A DNA stretch of 62,770 bases, the filler included, from Malassezia furfur (taxonomy: Eukaryota), in the NCBI GenBank assembly GCA_052055015.1. It is 5 parts of 5 records of this genome, joined end to end, with 100 filler letters (N's around TTAATTAATTAA, not from the genome) between each part and the next. Parts side by side here need not be neighbours in the genome. Positions count along the whole stretch, not along the records: positions 37,971 to 50,412 come from JBQJIT010000336.1; positions 50,513 to 62,770 come from JBQJIT010000338.1; 3 more parts are not named here. The stretch is one strand, 5' to 3'. The notes beneath the pieces were generated by a model. That model ran no database searches, was not told where the DNA came from, and was given only the letters and a program-made list of their open reading frames with translations. Below, in pieces: positions 43,689 through 55,226 of the stretch (positions are counted from its first letter, which is position 1; every line of letters starts with the position of its first letter). Position numbers and translations under genes: made by a program.

Positions 43689-45575
43689 ATGCACTCCACC
43701 AGCATGCAACTCGGACGGCTTCGCGCGGCCCGTGCGTCTTTGCACACGTCCGTACGTGCTGCAGCGGCACGACCGCCGCTGTTCCATCTGGAGAATGCAG
43801 CGATTCCTCATGCCAAAAGTGTGGGTGGAAAGCCGGCACAAGGACTTTCTTGGACTATCGAAGATCTTGGAAAGGACCAGTGTTGGGCAGTTATTGGACC
43901 GTCCGGCGAGACCGGCGGCGCAGTGCGGGATGGGCTTCGCGCGCTGCTCCTGGGCGAGTTGCGTGCACGACGGGCTGACCAGAATCGGTCACTTCATGCG
44001 CCGGTGCATCGTTTCCTCGAGTCGGGCGGGCATGCACCCCAGCACTCCATTGCGCACGTCTCGTTTGGAACCCGGCCAGCGCAAGGCGGAGATTTCGTGG
44101 ACTACTCGACACGCTACGGCTCAATCCGCGGCGAGGACCGCATTACGCTGCTCGAGAGCCTGTTGGAATCGTTGGGGGTGTACACGGGCATCGTCGCGCA
44201 ACAGCACATGCGTCCTGACCCACTGGCCCCCGACGACTCCGACACAGCGTCGGGCGTCGGGCTGCTCAAGTGGCCCAACAAAGAGACACAGCGCAAGGCC
44301 AAGGAGGATGCGCACGCGGCCCTTGCTCGGATCCGGAAAACTGCCCCTCTCTTGCACATCGACGAGGCGCTGCTCCAGCGCCCGGTCGTGGCGCTGTCCA
44401 ACGGCCAGACGCGCCGTGCGCGTATTCTGCGCGCGCTCGTATCGGGTGCCCAGCTCTTGGTATTGGACGAGCCATTTACAGGCTTGGATCCGATAACACG
44501 CGACGACATATCGCGCCTCTTCTCTGAGGTGCACGCGGCGCGGCATCCGCGCCTCGTGCTGATTCTGCGTGAACAGGACCAAGTGCCGTCGTTCATTACG
44601 CATGCGCTTCGCATTGATGACGAGGGGCACATTGTACATGGAAATGTGCATGAGGTCAATACCGCACCATCGATGGCGTATGCGCCCGGCAGCTATGAAC
44701 GCGTGCGGTCCAACCATACGGCCGGCACCGGCGTCGGGGACGCTGCGCAGCCGCCCGTGGTTGAAATGCACGATGTTTCGATTGAGTATGGTGGCGTGAG
44801 TGTGCTAAACAACATTTCGCTGACGCTGCGCCCTGGTGCGCGCCTCGTGTTGGTGGGAGATAATGGCAGCGGGAAGACGACGCTGTTGTCGCTGCTACTG
44901 GGTGACAACCCCCGGTCGTATGCGCTGGATGCATCGCAGCTCGCGCTGTTTGGCGCAGCACGCGATGCACCGCGCAATGCGCATGTGCTGCTGCAGCGCC
45001 GGATGGGTCACCTGTCGCCCGAGCTTTTCAACGCGTTTCCGCGGCGCAGTCTCGAGGCCGGCGGATTGGCCGTGGAGGAGGCGGTCGCGAGTGGCTTTGA
45101 TGGCATCTTTACGCGGCGCAGGCTGACGCCCGAGCGCCGTGCGCGTGTGCACCACCTACTGCGCCTGTTTGCGGACGTGCTAGTGGCGCATGGGCAGCAC
45201 TCGACGGGCTCGGTGTTCGACGGGGTCGAAGCGCTGGCCGAGTCGTCCTTTGCCTCGCTCACGCACGGGTCGCAGGCGCTGGTCTTGCTGCTACGTGCGA
45301 TTGTGCACCAGCCTGAATTTGTGGTGCTGGATGAACCATTCCAGGGGATGAGTGCGAAGCAGTCTGCGCGTGCGCGCGAGTTCCTCGACGGCGGCGTGGT
45401 GCCGACCAGCGACGGCTTTTGGCTTGAAGGGCTCTCGGTGGAGGAACAGGCGCAGGAACGCGCATGGCGGCAGCAGCTGGTTCTGGTGATGGTAAGCCAT
45501 TACCAAACCGAGTGGCTCTTGTCGTGTGGCCGCCTGCTCCGTTTGCAGGCTGGGAACGCTGTAGAACAGCTGTAG
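43689..45575 (+). CDS. Soluble tandem ABC ATPase, ModF/YDR061W-like
   Basis: LSNGQTRRARI..LLVLDEPFTGLD; GDNGSGKTT; VLDEPFQGM..VSH; no TM segments; Arg-rich presequence. Confidence 0.85.
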   Translation: MHSTSMQLGRLRAARASLHTSVRAAAARPPLFHLENAAIPHAKSVGGKPAQGLSWTIEDLGKDQCWAVIGPSGETGGAVRDGLRALLLGELRARRADQNRSLHAPVHRFLESGGHAPQHSIAHVSFGTRPAQGGDFVDYSTRYGSIRGEDRITLLESLLESLGVYTGIVAQQHMRPDPLAPDDSDTASGVGLLKWPNKETQRKAKEDAHAALARIRKTAPLLHIDEALLQRPVVALSNGQTRRARILRALVSGAQLLVLDEPFTGLDPITRDDISRLFSEVHAARHPRLVLILREQDQVPSFITHALRIDDEGHIVHGNVHEVNTAPSMAYAPGSYERVRSNHTAGTGVGDAAQPPVVEMHDVSIEYGGVSVLNNISLTLRPGARLVLVGDNGSGKTTLLSLLLGDNPRSYALDASQLALFGAARDAPRNAHVLLQRRMGHLSPELFNAFPRRSLEAGGLAVEEAVASGFDGIFTRRRLTPERRARVHHLLRLFADVLVAHGQHSTGSVFDGVEALAESSFASLTHGSQALVLLLRAIVHQPEFVVLDEPFQGMSAKQSARAREFLDGGVVPTSDGFWLEGLSVEEQAQERAWRQQLVLVMVSHYQTEWLLSCGRLLRLQAGNAVEQL

Positions 45576-45668
45576 ACGCACCCTGGAACGCGCCTACCCC
45601 GCATTGCGAAGAGGGACGAAGGGGGGGGGTGGATGTGGAGAAATGGCCCCTTTTGGCCCTCGGCCGGT

Positions 45669-48600
45669 CTACTTCCACTCTACGATCCAGTCGTCGGCGA
45701 TGAGCACGCGCGGGTCACGGATGGTCAGCTCGGATGCACGCATCTGGCTGCTATCGGTGTCCGAGTGCGTGACCTTCTCTGCGGCGCGCCATGTAAACTC
45801 GAGCGGAGTCGCGTTGCCGGCGCTGTCGATCGCAGTGACCGAGCTCGGTGCCTGCTCGAGACCCAGGACGACGATACGCTCGACGCGCGCGCGTGTCGAG
45901 CGCACGTACGCATTATCGGCCACCTGGAGTGCCTCGCCGTGGCTCTCGAGCGACGAGGCTGCGAGGCGGTGCCGCCCGCCGTCCTGCTGGACGACCCACT
46001 GGCGTGCGAGGAAGGCGTTGGCGTCGCGGTAGGCAAACGTCTGCCCATCGTCCATGTACAGCTCGCCGCGCGCACGCACGCCCTGGCGGTTGCGCGCAAG
46101 CGCGACAATCAGTGTGTATGGGTCGCCGTGCTGCAGCTCGGCGGCGCGGCGGTTGCGTGCATGCGTGGGCAACACCGACCCGCCGCGGAGCAGCACCGGC
46201 AGCTCGTGCGTGAGCGGCGCCGGGACGGTGACGTTGAGCCCGGTGGGCGCGCCGCGGTACTCGTGCTTGGTATAGTAGTGGTAGTAACGCTGGTCCTCGG
46301 CGAGGTACATCTGGACGCTCTTGGCCCCGCGCACGACGGGCGGCTTGACGAGCAGGCCGGCGTCGCCGAGGTAGAACTGGTCGTCGATCGCAAAGCCGTG
46401 CGTGTCGAGTGGGAAGAGGAGGTGCTGCGGGCGGAGCACAGGCTGCCCCGTGGTGCCGCTCTTCCAGAACGCCGTGTACCACACGGGAAGCAGCTGGTAG
46501 CGCAGCTGCAGCAGCCGGCGGAGCGCGTCGCGCGTGGCGCCCTCGTACAGGTACGGCTCGCGGCGCTTGGTGTCGATGTGGGCATGTGCCCGGAAGAACG
46601 GCTCAAAGATCCCGGCTTGGTACCAGCGCACGAGCAGCTCCTCGTCCGGGTTGCCAAAGAATCCGCCAATGTCTGCGCCACAGAAACTCATCCCTCCCAG
46701 GCCGTTCTGGAGGAGCATGGCGACGGTGCCCGCAAAGTGTTCCCACGTGCCGAGGTTGTCGCCGGTCCACACCGCGCCGAAGCGCTGCGAGCCGAGCCAC
46801 CACGCGCGGCTCAGCACAAACGGCCGGCGCTCGACGCCGCGCTGGCCGTGCGCGTCGGTGGTGCCGAGCTCGCGGCGCGTGAGGCCGATCGAGGTGAGGT
46901 TCTGGAGGATCATGCCGTTGATGTTGTGCAGGTCGCGGTTCTCCCAGTGCGGGTAGTGGATGACGTCCTTGGGCGAGGTCACCTCGGGCCCCGTAAAGAT
47001 GGCCGGCTCGCTCATGTCGTTCCAGATAAACACGTTGCGGGCATTTGCCTCGAGCTTCTGGGCGGCGAGCAGGTGCTGCTCGATCCACCACGGCCACGTC
47101 TTGGGGTTGAACACGTCGATCCAGCTCGCGTCGCCGCTCCAGCACACCGCCTCGTAGTCCGACTGCCCGTCGGCGTTGCGCACGAACAGCCCCTTTTCCT
47201 TCGCCTCGCTGTACAGGTAGTAGTTCTTGGTCTTCTTCAGGTGGGGGTCCATGATGATGACGAGCTTGCGCCCACGCTCGTCGAGCGCGCGCACCATCCC
47301 TGCGGGGTCCTTGAACGCGCGCTTGTCCCACACGCCGTACATGTGGTCCTTGCTCCACTCGATGTCGAGCCAAACGACGTCCATCGGCATGTCGGCCGTG
47401 TCAAAGTCCTCGCTGACGTGCACGACGTCGGCGTCGCTCAAATAGTTCCAGCGCGACTGGTGGTAGCCGAGCGCAAAGTACTGCGGCAGCGCCGTGCGGC
47501 CCACGAGCGACGTGAAGCGCGCCATGTTCACCTCGGCAGACGGGCCGAGGAACACAAACAGGTCCAGCACGCCGGCCTCCGAGAAGAAGTGCGCGTGCGC
47601 CGAGCGCGCGGCCGAGCCGCCGCGCAGCAGCGCGGGGTCGATGCGTGACGCGTCCGTCGGCTTGCCGCGCGCGGGCGCGGGGCCGGGGCGCCGCGTCGTC
47701 TTGTGCACGTCGACCCACGTCTCGGCGGCATTGAGCCACAGCACACTCACCGCGCTGCCCTTGCTCTGCGCATGGAGCACCGGGGCGCTGCCGTACAGCG
47801 CCATCGGCGAGTCGTACTCGTACTCGAACACGTCGGTGTTCATCAGCCGGTACGGGTCGGTGTAGCGCCCCGGCTCGGGGGCGTCGCCGGTGCCGTTGGG
47901 GGGCGCGCGCGTCGAGCGCAGCGAGAGCGGCGAGGCGTGCTCGGGCAGGCCGTACAGCGTCTCGTAGCCGGGGAACGACACGTCCAGGCCGATGCCCTCG
48001 GGGCCCTTGGGCTTGGAGTCGAGCACGCGCGACCACGACTCTTCCCACTCGCCGTGGTCCTCCTTCTCGAACGCGGCCCAGGCCTCGATCGTCGCGGGCG
48101 TCGGCGGCGTGCGCCGTCCGTGGTGCGCGGCAATCTCTTGCGCGCGCTGCTGGAACGCAAGTGACGCCTTGGCATCGCCCTCGCCCTCCTCTTTGATGCG
48201 GGGGAAGGGCTCGGGCTTCGGGCGGAAGTGCTCCATGTGGAGCAGCGCGCGGTCGTTCAGCAGCACCTGGGGGACGCCGTCGCGCACAAAGCGCACACGC
48301 AGCGGCTCGTGCTCGAGCACGGCCTCGTTGCCGTGCGCGCTCCAGCGCACCGTCGTGGTGTGTGTCTTGGCGTCGTACGATGCCACAACGTCCGTTGCGA
48401 GCGCGGGCATCTCGGCGATGGTCCACATCGCCGTCTCGTCGTAGCGCTTCCACTGGTTGTAGCGCGCCCCGACCTCGTCCATCTGCACGCGCGCGTTGCC
48501 GTCGTCAAAGAGGGTCAGCGAAAGCTCAAACGAAATGTTGGGATACAGCGCGCTGTGCACCGGCCAGCGCAGGCGCGCGCCGCCCTCGTCCGTGTGGGCG

Positions 48601-48773
48601 GTGTCGCCGAGCGCATATGGCGACGGTGCGTCCGTCGCCTCGACGTGCTCCGCGATTGCGCGGAACCTGCGACACAGCGAAGTGTCCTTGCATGCCTTGA
48701 AGTCGTTCGGGCGCACGGCGAGCACCGCCGCCGCCGCCCAAGCGAGCACCATCGCAAGCACCGCACGCCGCAT
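45669..48773 (-). CDS. ROT2: ER glucosidase II alpha subunit (GH31)
   Basis: Signal peptide, FKAC..CRR, YGLPEHA, PYRLMNTDVFEY, LGYHQSRWNY, WLDIE, IWNDMSEP, WTGDN, GADIGGFF, PFFRAHAHIDTKRREP. Confidence 0.96.
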   Translation of the reverse strand: MRRAVLAMVLAWAAAAVLAVRPNDFKACKDTSLCRRFRAIAEHVEATDAPSPYALGDTAHTDEGGARLRWPVHSALYPNISFELSLTLFDDGNARVQMDEVGARYNQWKRYDETAMWTIAEMPALATDVVASYDAKTHTTTVRWSAHGNEAVLEHEPLRVRFVRDGVPQVLLNDRALLHMEHFRPKPEPFPRIKEEGEGDAKASLAFQQRAQEIAAHHGRRTPPTPATIEAWAAFEKEDHGEWEESWSRVLDSKPKGPEGIGLDVSFPGYETLYGLPEHASPLSLRSTRAPPNGTGDAPEPGRYTDPYRLMNTDVFEYEYDSPMALYGSAPVLHAQSKGSAVSVLWLNAAETWVDVHKTTRRPGPAPARGKPTDASRIDPALLRGGSAARSAHAHFFSEAGVLDLFVFLGPSAEVNMARFTSLVGRTALPQYFALGYHQSRWNYLSDADVVHVSEDFDTADMPMDVVWLDIEWSKDHMYGVWDKRAFKDPAGMVRALDERGRKLVIIMDPHLKKTKNYYLYSEAKEKGLFVRNADGQSDYEAVCWSGDASWIDVFNPKTWPWWIEQHLLAAQKLEANARNVFIWNDMSEPAIFTGPEVTSPKDVIHYPHWENRDLHNINGMILQNLTSIGLTRRELGTTDAHGQRGVERRPFVLSRAWWLGSQRFGAVWTGDNLGTWEHFAGTVAMLLQNGLGGMSFCGADIGGFFGNPDEELLVRWYQAGIFEPFFRAHAHIDTKRREPYLYEGATRDALRRLLQLRYQLLPVWYTAFWKSGTTGQPVLRPQHLLFPLDTHGFAIDDQFYLGDAGLLVKPPVVRGAKSVQMYLAEDQRYYHYYTKHEYRGAPTGLNVTVPAPLTHELPVLLRGGSVLPTHARNRRAAELQHGDPYTLIVALARNRQGVRARGELYMDDGQTFAYRDANAFLARQWVVQQDGGRHRLAASSLESHGEALQVADNAYVRSTRARVERIVVLGLEQAPSSVTAIDSAGNATPLEFTWRAAEKVTHSDTDSSQMRASELTIRDPRVLIADDWIVEWK

Positions 48774-48835
48774 GGCGGATCGTGGCAGCCCGTGGGGGGC
48801 GCGTGCGCTGACTAAGCCACCGTCTTCCAGCCACG

Positions 48836-50412
48836 ATGGCCGAGCAAGTGAGCGCAGTGCAGTGGGCGTGTACGTGGCGCAACTCACCCAGATCGCGCGC
48901 AGAAGCGGCTCGGCGTGCACGCGGGTGTGCCCGACTTTGCGCCGGTGCCCGGCTTTGATGGAGACCATCAGGGCGCACGCATGCTCCAATACAGCCCGAA
49001 CGGCGCTCTGCTCGCCGTCGCGCTCGACAAGTCGTACGTGTGCGCGCACAGCTGACCACGCAGAGTGTGCGTGTACGAGGTGCACGACAGTAGCGTCACG
49101 CTGCGGCACACGCTCCCGCTCGAAAAGGCGATCGAGCTGTCGTTCTCGCCGCGCGGCTCCTACCTGTCGACGTGGGAGCGCCCGGTGAAGAGCGAGGAGG
49201 GCGACCGCGTCTCCTGGAGCAAGAACCTGCGCGTCTGGGACACGCAGACCGGCGCACAAATCGCCGAGTTTGAGCGCCGCCAGCTCGACGGGTGCTTTTT
49301 CCAGTTCACCGAGGACGAGTCGCGCTGCGTGCGCCAGGCGGGCAGCGAGCTGCAGGTGTACGACCCGCAGCAGCTCACGCAGGGGCCCGTGGGGCGCCTG
49401 CGTGCCGAGAACATTGGCGCATTCCGCCTGGGGCCCGGCGCGCACCCGTCGGTCGCCGTCTTCTTCCCCGAGAAGAAGGGCGCACCGGCGTTTGTCAAGA
49501 TTTACGCGCTGACGTCGCTCTCGACGCCGGAGCCGACGCACGTCGCGCAAAAGTCCTTCTTCAAGGCGGACAAGGTGACGTTCAAGTGGAACGCGACGGG
49601 CACCTCCCTCCTGCTGATGACCGCGACCGACCACGACCAGACGGGCAAGTCGTACTACGGCGAGACCAACCTGTACATGCTCTCGGCGCGCGGCGACTTT
49701 GACTGCCGCGTGAGCCTCGACAAGGAGGGGCCGATCCACGACTTTGCGTGGAATCCGAACGCGCGCGAGTTCCTCGTGGTGTACGGGTACATGCCCGCCA
49801 AGGCGGTCATCTTCTCGTACCGCGTCAACGTCATCGCCGACCTTGGCACGCAGCCGCGCAACCTGATTGCCTTCAACCCGCAGGGCCGGCTGTTCTGCCT
49901 GGCGGGCTTTGGCAACCTCGCGGGCACCGTCGACATCTGGGACCGCGAGCAGCTGCAGCGCGGCAAGCTCTTCACCCTCGACGCGAGCAACAGCACCACG
50001 CTCGAGTGGGCCCCCGACGGCTTCTTCCTGCTCACCGGCACGCTCTCGCCGCGCCTGCGTGTGGAGAACGGCGTGAAGGTGTGGCACTGCTCCGGCCAGC
50101 TCGTGCATGTCGACATGATCGACGAGGCGTACCAGGTGTGTTTCCGCCCCGCGCTCGGCCCTGCGCCCGCGTTTCCGGCGGCGATCCCCGCGGCGCCGAC
50201 GCCGAGTGCCGCCGCCTCGGCGCTGCTCGCCAAAAAGACGACGTCGGCGCGCCCGACGGGCGCCTACCGCCCGCCCGGCGCACGCAGCGCTGGCACCGCA
50301 TCGTCCGACTACCTGCGGCGCAACGAGGACCTGGGCCCCGCGCCGACGCCCCCCGCGGCGCAGTCCAAGTACGTCGCGCCGAACGCCAAGGGCCGCCGCG
50401 GCAAGGTGCCTG
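48836..50412 (+). CDS. Translation initiation factor eIF2A, 3'-truncated by gap
   Basis: FSPRGSYLSTWER, KSFFKADK, DQTGKSYYGETNLY, KEGPIHDFAW, VYGYMPAK, AGFGNL, SPRLRVENG, GAYRPPGAR. Confidence 0.94.
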
Positions 50413-50512
50413 NNNNNNNNNNNNNNNNNNNNNNNNNNNNNNNNNNNNNNNNNNNNTTAATTAATTAANNNNNNNNNNNNNNNNNNNNNNNNNNNNNNNN
50501 NNNNNNNNNNNN
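50413..50512. other. Artificial contig linker
   Basis: N44-TTAATTAATTAA-N44. Confidence 0.98.
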
Positions 50513-52146
50513 AGCAGAACGCGGCCGAGTGTGTGCCGCTCGTGCTCGAGCCGCACGCCGCGTACTACCGCGACCCGGTGCTGGTGCTCGACTTCCAGTC
50601 GCTGTACCCCTCGATGATGATCGCGTACAACCTGTGCTACTCGACATGCCTCGGGCGCGTCGCGCCGTTCCGCGGCACGTACAAGCTCGGCTTCACGGCG
50701 CACGCGCCCCAGCCCGGCGCGCTGCGCCGCCTGCAGCACCACATCGCCGCGATGCCCAACGGCACGCTGTTTGTCGACCGCAGCGTGCGCGAAAGCACGC
50801 TGGCGCGCATGCTGCGCGAGGTGCTGGCGACGCGCGTCATGATCAAGCACGCGATGCGCCAGCCGCACGTCAGCAAGGCGCTCGCGCGGCGCTACCAGGC
50901 GCAGCAGCTCTCGCTCAAGCTGCTCGCCAACGTCACCTACGGCTACACGGGCGCCACCGCCTCGGGGCGCATGCCGTGCGTCGAGATCGCCGACGCCATC
51001 GTGCAGTGCGGGCGCGAGACGCTCGAGCGCGCCATGGCGCACATCGAGAGCACGCCGCGCTGGGGCGCACGCGTGCTCTATGGCGACACCGACAGCCTCT
51101 TTGTCGTGCTCCCGGGCAAGAGCCGCGACGCGGCGTTTGCCATCGGCCGCGAGATCGCCGAGGAGATCACGCGCGCCAACCCCGACCCGGTGCAGCTCAA
51201 CTTCGAAAAGGTGTACCACCCGTGCGTGCTGGTCGCCAAGAAGCGCTACGTCGGCTACAAGTGGGAGACACCGGCGCAGCCGCGGCCCGTGCTCGACGTC
51301 AAGGGCCTCGAGACGATCCGCCGCGACGGCTGCGTCGCGCTGCAGCGCATGCAGGAGACGTGCATCCGCCTCCTGTTCGATACCCAGGACCTGTCGCTCG
51401 TCAAGCGCTACTGCCAGCGGCAGTGGTCCAAACTGTACGCGGGGCGCGTGTCGCCGCGCCACCTCGTCACCGCCACGGCCGTGCGCCTCGGCACGTACGC
51501 CGGCACCCTGCCGCCCAGCGCCGCACTCGCTGCGCGCGCGCTCCTGCACGACGCACAGCGCGTGCCGCACCCGGGCGAGCGCATCCCCTTCCTCGTGCGC
51601 CACGGGCTGCCCACGCACAAGCTCGCGGACCTCGCCATCGACCCCCGCCACGTGCTCCTTCACCCCGACACGCGCCTGCACGCCGACTACTACGTCCGCC
51701 GCGTGCTCGCACCGGCGATCGCGCGCATCTTCAACCTGCTGGGCGTCGACGTGCTTGCGTGGGTCGACGAATTGCCGCGCACGCGGGCTGTGGCGCCCGG
51801 TGCAGCGGCACTCGGCGCGACGCCGTTCACCGTCGACGCATGCGTCGTCTGTGGGCACACGACGCAGCACGGCGTGTGCCAGGACTGCGTCCGGAACCCG
51901 GAGCAGGCGCTCGCGCGCGCCGCGCTCGAGCTGCACACCGCCGAGCGCCGGCAGATGGCGATCCACGCACAGTGCACAGCCTGCGCCGACGACGGCCTCG
52001 TCGAGCGGCCGCCATGCATGTCGGTAGAGTGCCCGGTGGCCTACGCGCGTGCGCAGACCGATGCCGAGGTGCACGCACACAGCGCGCGGCTGGTCGAGGT
52101 TGAAAAGCACGTTACGCGGTCCGTTGAGGACCCGTGGGTATGGTAG
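50513..52146 (+). CDS. REV3: DNA polymerase zeta catalytic subunit, 3' part
   Basis: LDFQSLYPSMMIAYNLCYSTCLG, KLLANVTYGYT..SGRMPC, YGDTDSLF, KKRYVG, KGLETIRRD, C-terminal CysA/CysB. Confidence 0.95.
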
Positions 52147-52174
52147 TTATCTAGGCCAAAAAATAATAATGACG

Positions 52175-55006
52175 TTACGCATACACCGCCCGCATCAGCT
52201 GCTGCGCTGCCACGATGTTGCACGCGAGCGTCGCAAGGTTCGCGTCCGCGACAATGACTTCCGGCGAGAACTCCACGCCAAACGCGTCCCGGATGCCGGC
52301 CGCAATGTGGCGCACCTGGTCGTGCCGCCAAAACACGAGGTCGTCGGGGTCCTCGGAGCGGTACGCATTCGCGTCCTGCGGCGGCGGCGAGTCGGCCAGC
52401 GCAAAGCGCACAATCTTGGACAACGACGCGTAGGTCTCCGCGTACGACTCACGGTCGCGCGGCGTCTCGACGTAGATCTCGAACGGCTCGCTGCGCGCCA
52501 GCACGTCGTGGCTCCCGTCGTGGTGGTAGCGCAGCTCGTAGAGGCCCGTGCGCCACGGCAGCTTGGCGCCTCGGAACACGCTGATGCCCTCCACAAGGTC
52601 CTCGGCCTCGTTCACGTCCGAGGCACCCGCCGTGCCCAGCGGACCACGCTCGGCGCCCGCGTGCTTGTCGCCGACCCACTCTTGCTCCGCAATGCCGACC
52701 CACTTGCCCCGGCTCGACACGCGCGTAACCAGCAGGCCCATGTCGTCGCGCCCACTCGGCTCCTTGTCAAACACCGACACCAGGTACATCCCGATCCAGT
52801 CGCGGCGCGAATGGTTCCGCGGCGCCGTCCAGCGCACCGAGATCGACTCGCCCAGGTGGTAGCGCGACGTCTGCGTGTTCGGCGAGTCCACCAGCGTCAC
52901 GCTGTACTTGGTGCGGTCCAGCGTGCGCACCTCGTTGCCTGTGCGCTTCGACAGCAGCCGGTCGATGTGCTGGATGACCAGCGCCTCGGTGTTGTTCACC
53001 AGCCGGCCCACACTCGGCTTCTTCTGCGAGAGGAACTGGTCCACGGCCTTCTTGGCCTGCGACTGCGTGCGCCGCAGCGTGTCCTTCACCTCGCGCACCG
53101 TCGACGTACCGCTTGCATTCTTGAACAGGAAGGCATTGCGCCGCGCAATCTGCTTCATCTGCTTCGTGACGCTCGACTCGACACGGATCTCCTCGCCGTA
53201 CACCTTGCGCATGTGAGGGTCCTCGACGTAGCTCAGGAACCACCAGTGCGACAAGGTGGACAGGATTGCGGCACACGTCACCAGCGGGCTGCCGCTGATC
53301 AGCGCCATGCCAAAGAAGGCCGCGCCGCCCATGGTCCGCTCAGGGTTGTTCAGGAAACGATAGATGCCAGTGTACGACAGGCGCCGGGGGTAGTCGGTCA
53401 CGAAAAAGTCGCCGTACAGCCACCCAAACGGCCCCAGCACGCGGAACGACGAGCGCGCGCTCCAAATGTGTAGCAGAATCAGCAACACACCCAGAACATG
53501 GCGCAGCAGCGCCGTGCCCGCAGGCCACGCCGCATCAACGGGCATGTAACAGCGGTAGGCAAGCATCGCAAACGACACGTACACCATCACCAAGCTCGTG
53601 TTGTAGATTGCCTTCCAGTGCTCAAACGCCTCGTACACAGCATCGCGCGCATCCGCAAACGGATAAAACTTGAGAAAGTGACGCACGATCCACGCATCGC
53701 GCGACTGCGCCGAAAGCGCCATCCCGAGACCAAACGTGTGGTACACACGCCAAAAGAGTGCATTGGCGCACAACAGAACCAGCGCCACGCGGGGGCCCGT
53801 GTTGTACAGCACCAGAGGCACGATCGCGTACACGCACAGCACGACCAGCATAAAGTCGGTGGCACGCATCAAGTCCAGGTGCGACAGAATCACCGCATCA
53901 CTGTGGAAGAGGCGGTGGTGCAGATCGTGTACGTTGGGCGGCGTTGCAGTTGTCCTGGGCACCGATTCCGACTCTTCGGTCGCCCCGCTCTGCTTCTGCG
54001 AGACACGCGCAGCAATCGGACGCTTCTCGCCATACACCCGCTCCATGTGGGGGTTCTCGAACAGCACGAGGAACAGCAACTGCGAGGCGTGCGCAGCCAG
54101 CGACACAAACAGCACCGTGTAGCTCCCAGTGAGCAGCGACAGGCCATAGTAGCCGGCGTAGCCAATGCTGTACATGGGGTCGGGCGCAACTTCGTACACG
54201 CCGTCAAACACGAGGTTCTGCAGACACAGGAAGAAGCAGTCGCCCCAGTACCATGCATAGTCCTTCACGACCCGATGCGCATCCAGCTTGACCCAGATGT
54301 TGAACAGGATCAAGAGCAGCCCTGCCGTCCAGCGCACCACAAACAGGAACGTGCCCAGCCCACGCGTGCCGTGTAGATTGGAGACGCCGAAGAAGAAATA
54401 CGCAAGGAAATCGTTGAGTAAAATCACGTCCACCATCGACCGGAAAAGCAGCCAAGTGTTGTACTCGAGCGGCATCTCTTCAAGCTTGTACTGCTTTCCC
54501 ATCTTGGTGACCAGGTGCTGCTTCACCCACGGCGCCATCCTGGGGTTCCGCTTCGCGTCCATCCAGCCCCAGCGGTCCACCAGCTTGACTAGCCACTGCG
54601 ACTTGCTCTGCTGTACCAGTAGGTATCCAAGTCCGGCATTGTACGAAATGCGCCAGAACGCAAAGTACATCATGAAGAAGACGCGGGCCTGTGCACGCGA
54701 CACGCTGAAGAAGATGGCTACCTGGATCGCTAGGGTGAATAGCGTGAAATAATCCAGCGGCGTCTTCGGCAGGTCAGGACGGAAGATGGAACTGAGCATG
54801 TCAGGCGTCTCTTGAACATGGAAGAGACGCCCGTCGGGTGTGCGACCAAGCACAGCACCCTTCTTGGACCCAACATTCTCCGGCTCCTGCTCCTGCGACG
54901 TAGACTCCTCGTGGTCGGCCTTCACGGTCTCAGTGACAGGCACACGCTGTCGAAGTCCATCTTTTCCATTTACAGAGGCATCCAGTGCCGTACTGTCAGC
55001 ATTCAT
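52175..55006 (-). CDS. CHO2: Phosphatidylethanolamine N-methyltransferase
   Basis: GRTPDG..T.DM, FWRISYNAGLG, LDAHRVVKDYAWYWGDCFF, ENPH, LGPFGWLYGDFF, GIYRFLNNPE, EDPHMRKVYG. Confidence 0.95.
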   Translation of the reverse strand: MNADSTALDASVNGKDGLRQRVPVTETVKADHEESTSQEQEPENVGSKKGAVLGRTPDGRLFHVQETPDMLSSIFRPDLPKTPLDYFTLFTLAIQVAIFFSVSRAQARVFFMMYFAFWRISYNAGLGYLLVQQSKSQWLVKLVDRWGWMDAKRNPRMAPWVKQHLVTKMGKQYKLEEMPLEYNTWLLFRSMVDVILLNDFLAYFFFGVSNLHGTRGLGTFLFVVRWTAGLLLILFNIWVKLDAHRVVKDYAWYWGDCFFLCLQNLVFDGVYEVAPDPMYSIGYAGYYGLSLLTGSYTVLFVSLAAHASQLLFLVLFENPHMERVYGEKRPIAARVSQKQSGATEESESVPRTTATPPNVHDLHHRLFHSDAVILSHLDLMRATDFMLVVLCVYAIVPLVLYNTGPRVALVLLCANALFWRVYHTFGLGMALSAQSRDAWIVRHFLKFYPFADARDAVYEAFEHWKAIYNTSLVMVYVSFAMLAYRCYMPVDAAWPAGTALLRHVLGVLLILLHIWSARSSFRVLGPFGWLYGDFFVTDYPRRLSYTGIYRFLNNPERTMGGAAFFGMALISGSPLVTCAAILSTLSHWWFLSYVEDPHMRKVYGEEIRVESSVTKQMKQIARRNAFLFKNASGTSTVREVKDTLRRTQSQAKKAVDQFLSQKKPSVGRLVNNTEALVIQHIDRLLSKRTGNEVRTLDRTKYSVTLVDSPNTQTSRYHLGESISVRWTAPRNHSRRDWIGMYLVSVFDKEPSGRDDMGLLVTRVSSRGKWVGIAEQEWVGDKHAGAERGPLGTAGASDVNEAEDLVEGISVFRGAKLPWRTGLYELRYHHDGSHDVLARSEPFEIYVETPRDRESYAETYASLSKIVRFALADSPPPQDANAYRSEDPDDLVFWRHDQVRHIAAGIRDAFGVEFSPEVIVADANLATLACNIVAAQQLMRAVYA

Positions 55007-55226
55007 AGGGCACAAGAAGGACAGGGGGTGAAGACGACGCCCACCCCCGGTCTCTGCTTTAACGGCGCCGAGCCATTGCGCCACGTGGCAAGATTGGCTC
55101 AACCCCGCACGAATTAGACGCCGATGCGGGGGACTAAAACCGTCGCCGCCCGAACTCGCGAGAATGTGTGTCTAGTGAATACACAGGAACTACCACATTA
55201 TTCACGAGACAGAAAGCAGTGCAAGC

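Noticed and set aside
42552..45575. panB plus modF-like genes as a horizontally acquired bacterial operon
   Set aside because: Both have conserved fungal orthologues (ECM31, YDR061W) and presequence-like N-termini; no mobile-element signs.
48774..50108. Apparent 445-aa N-terminal extension of glucosidase II
   Set aside because: It is the antisense of eIF2A; the signal peptide begins at ATG 48773.
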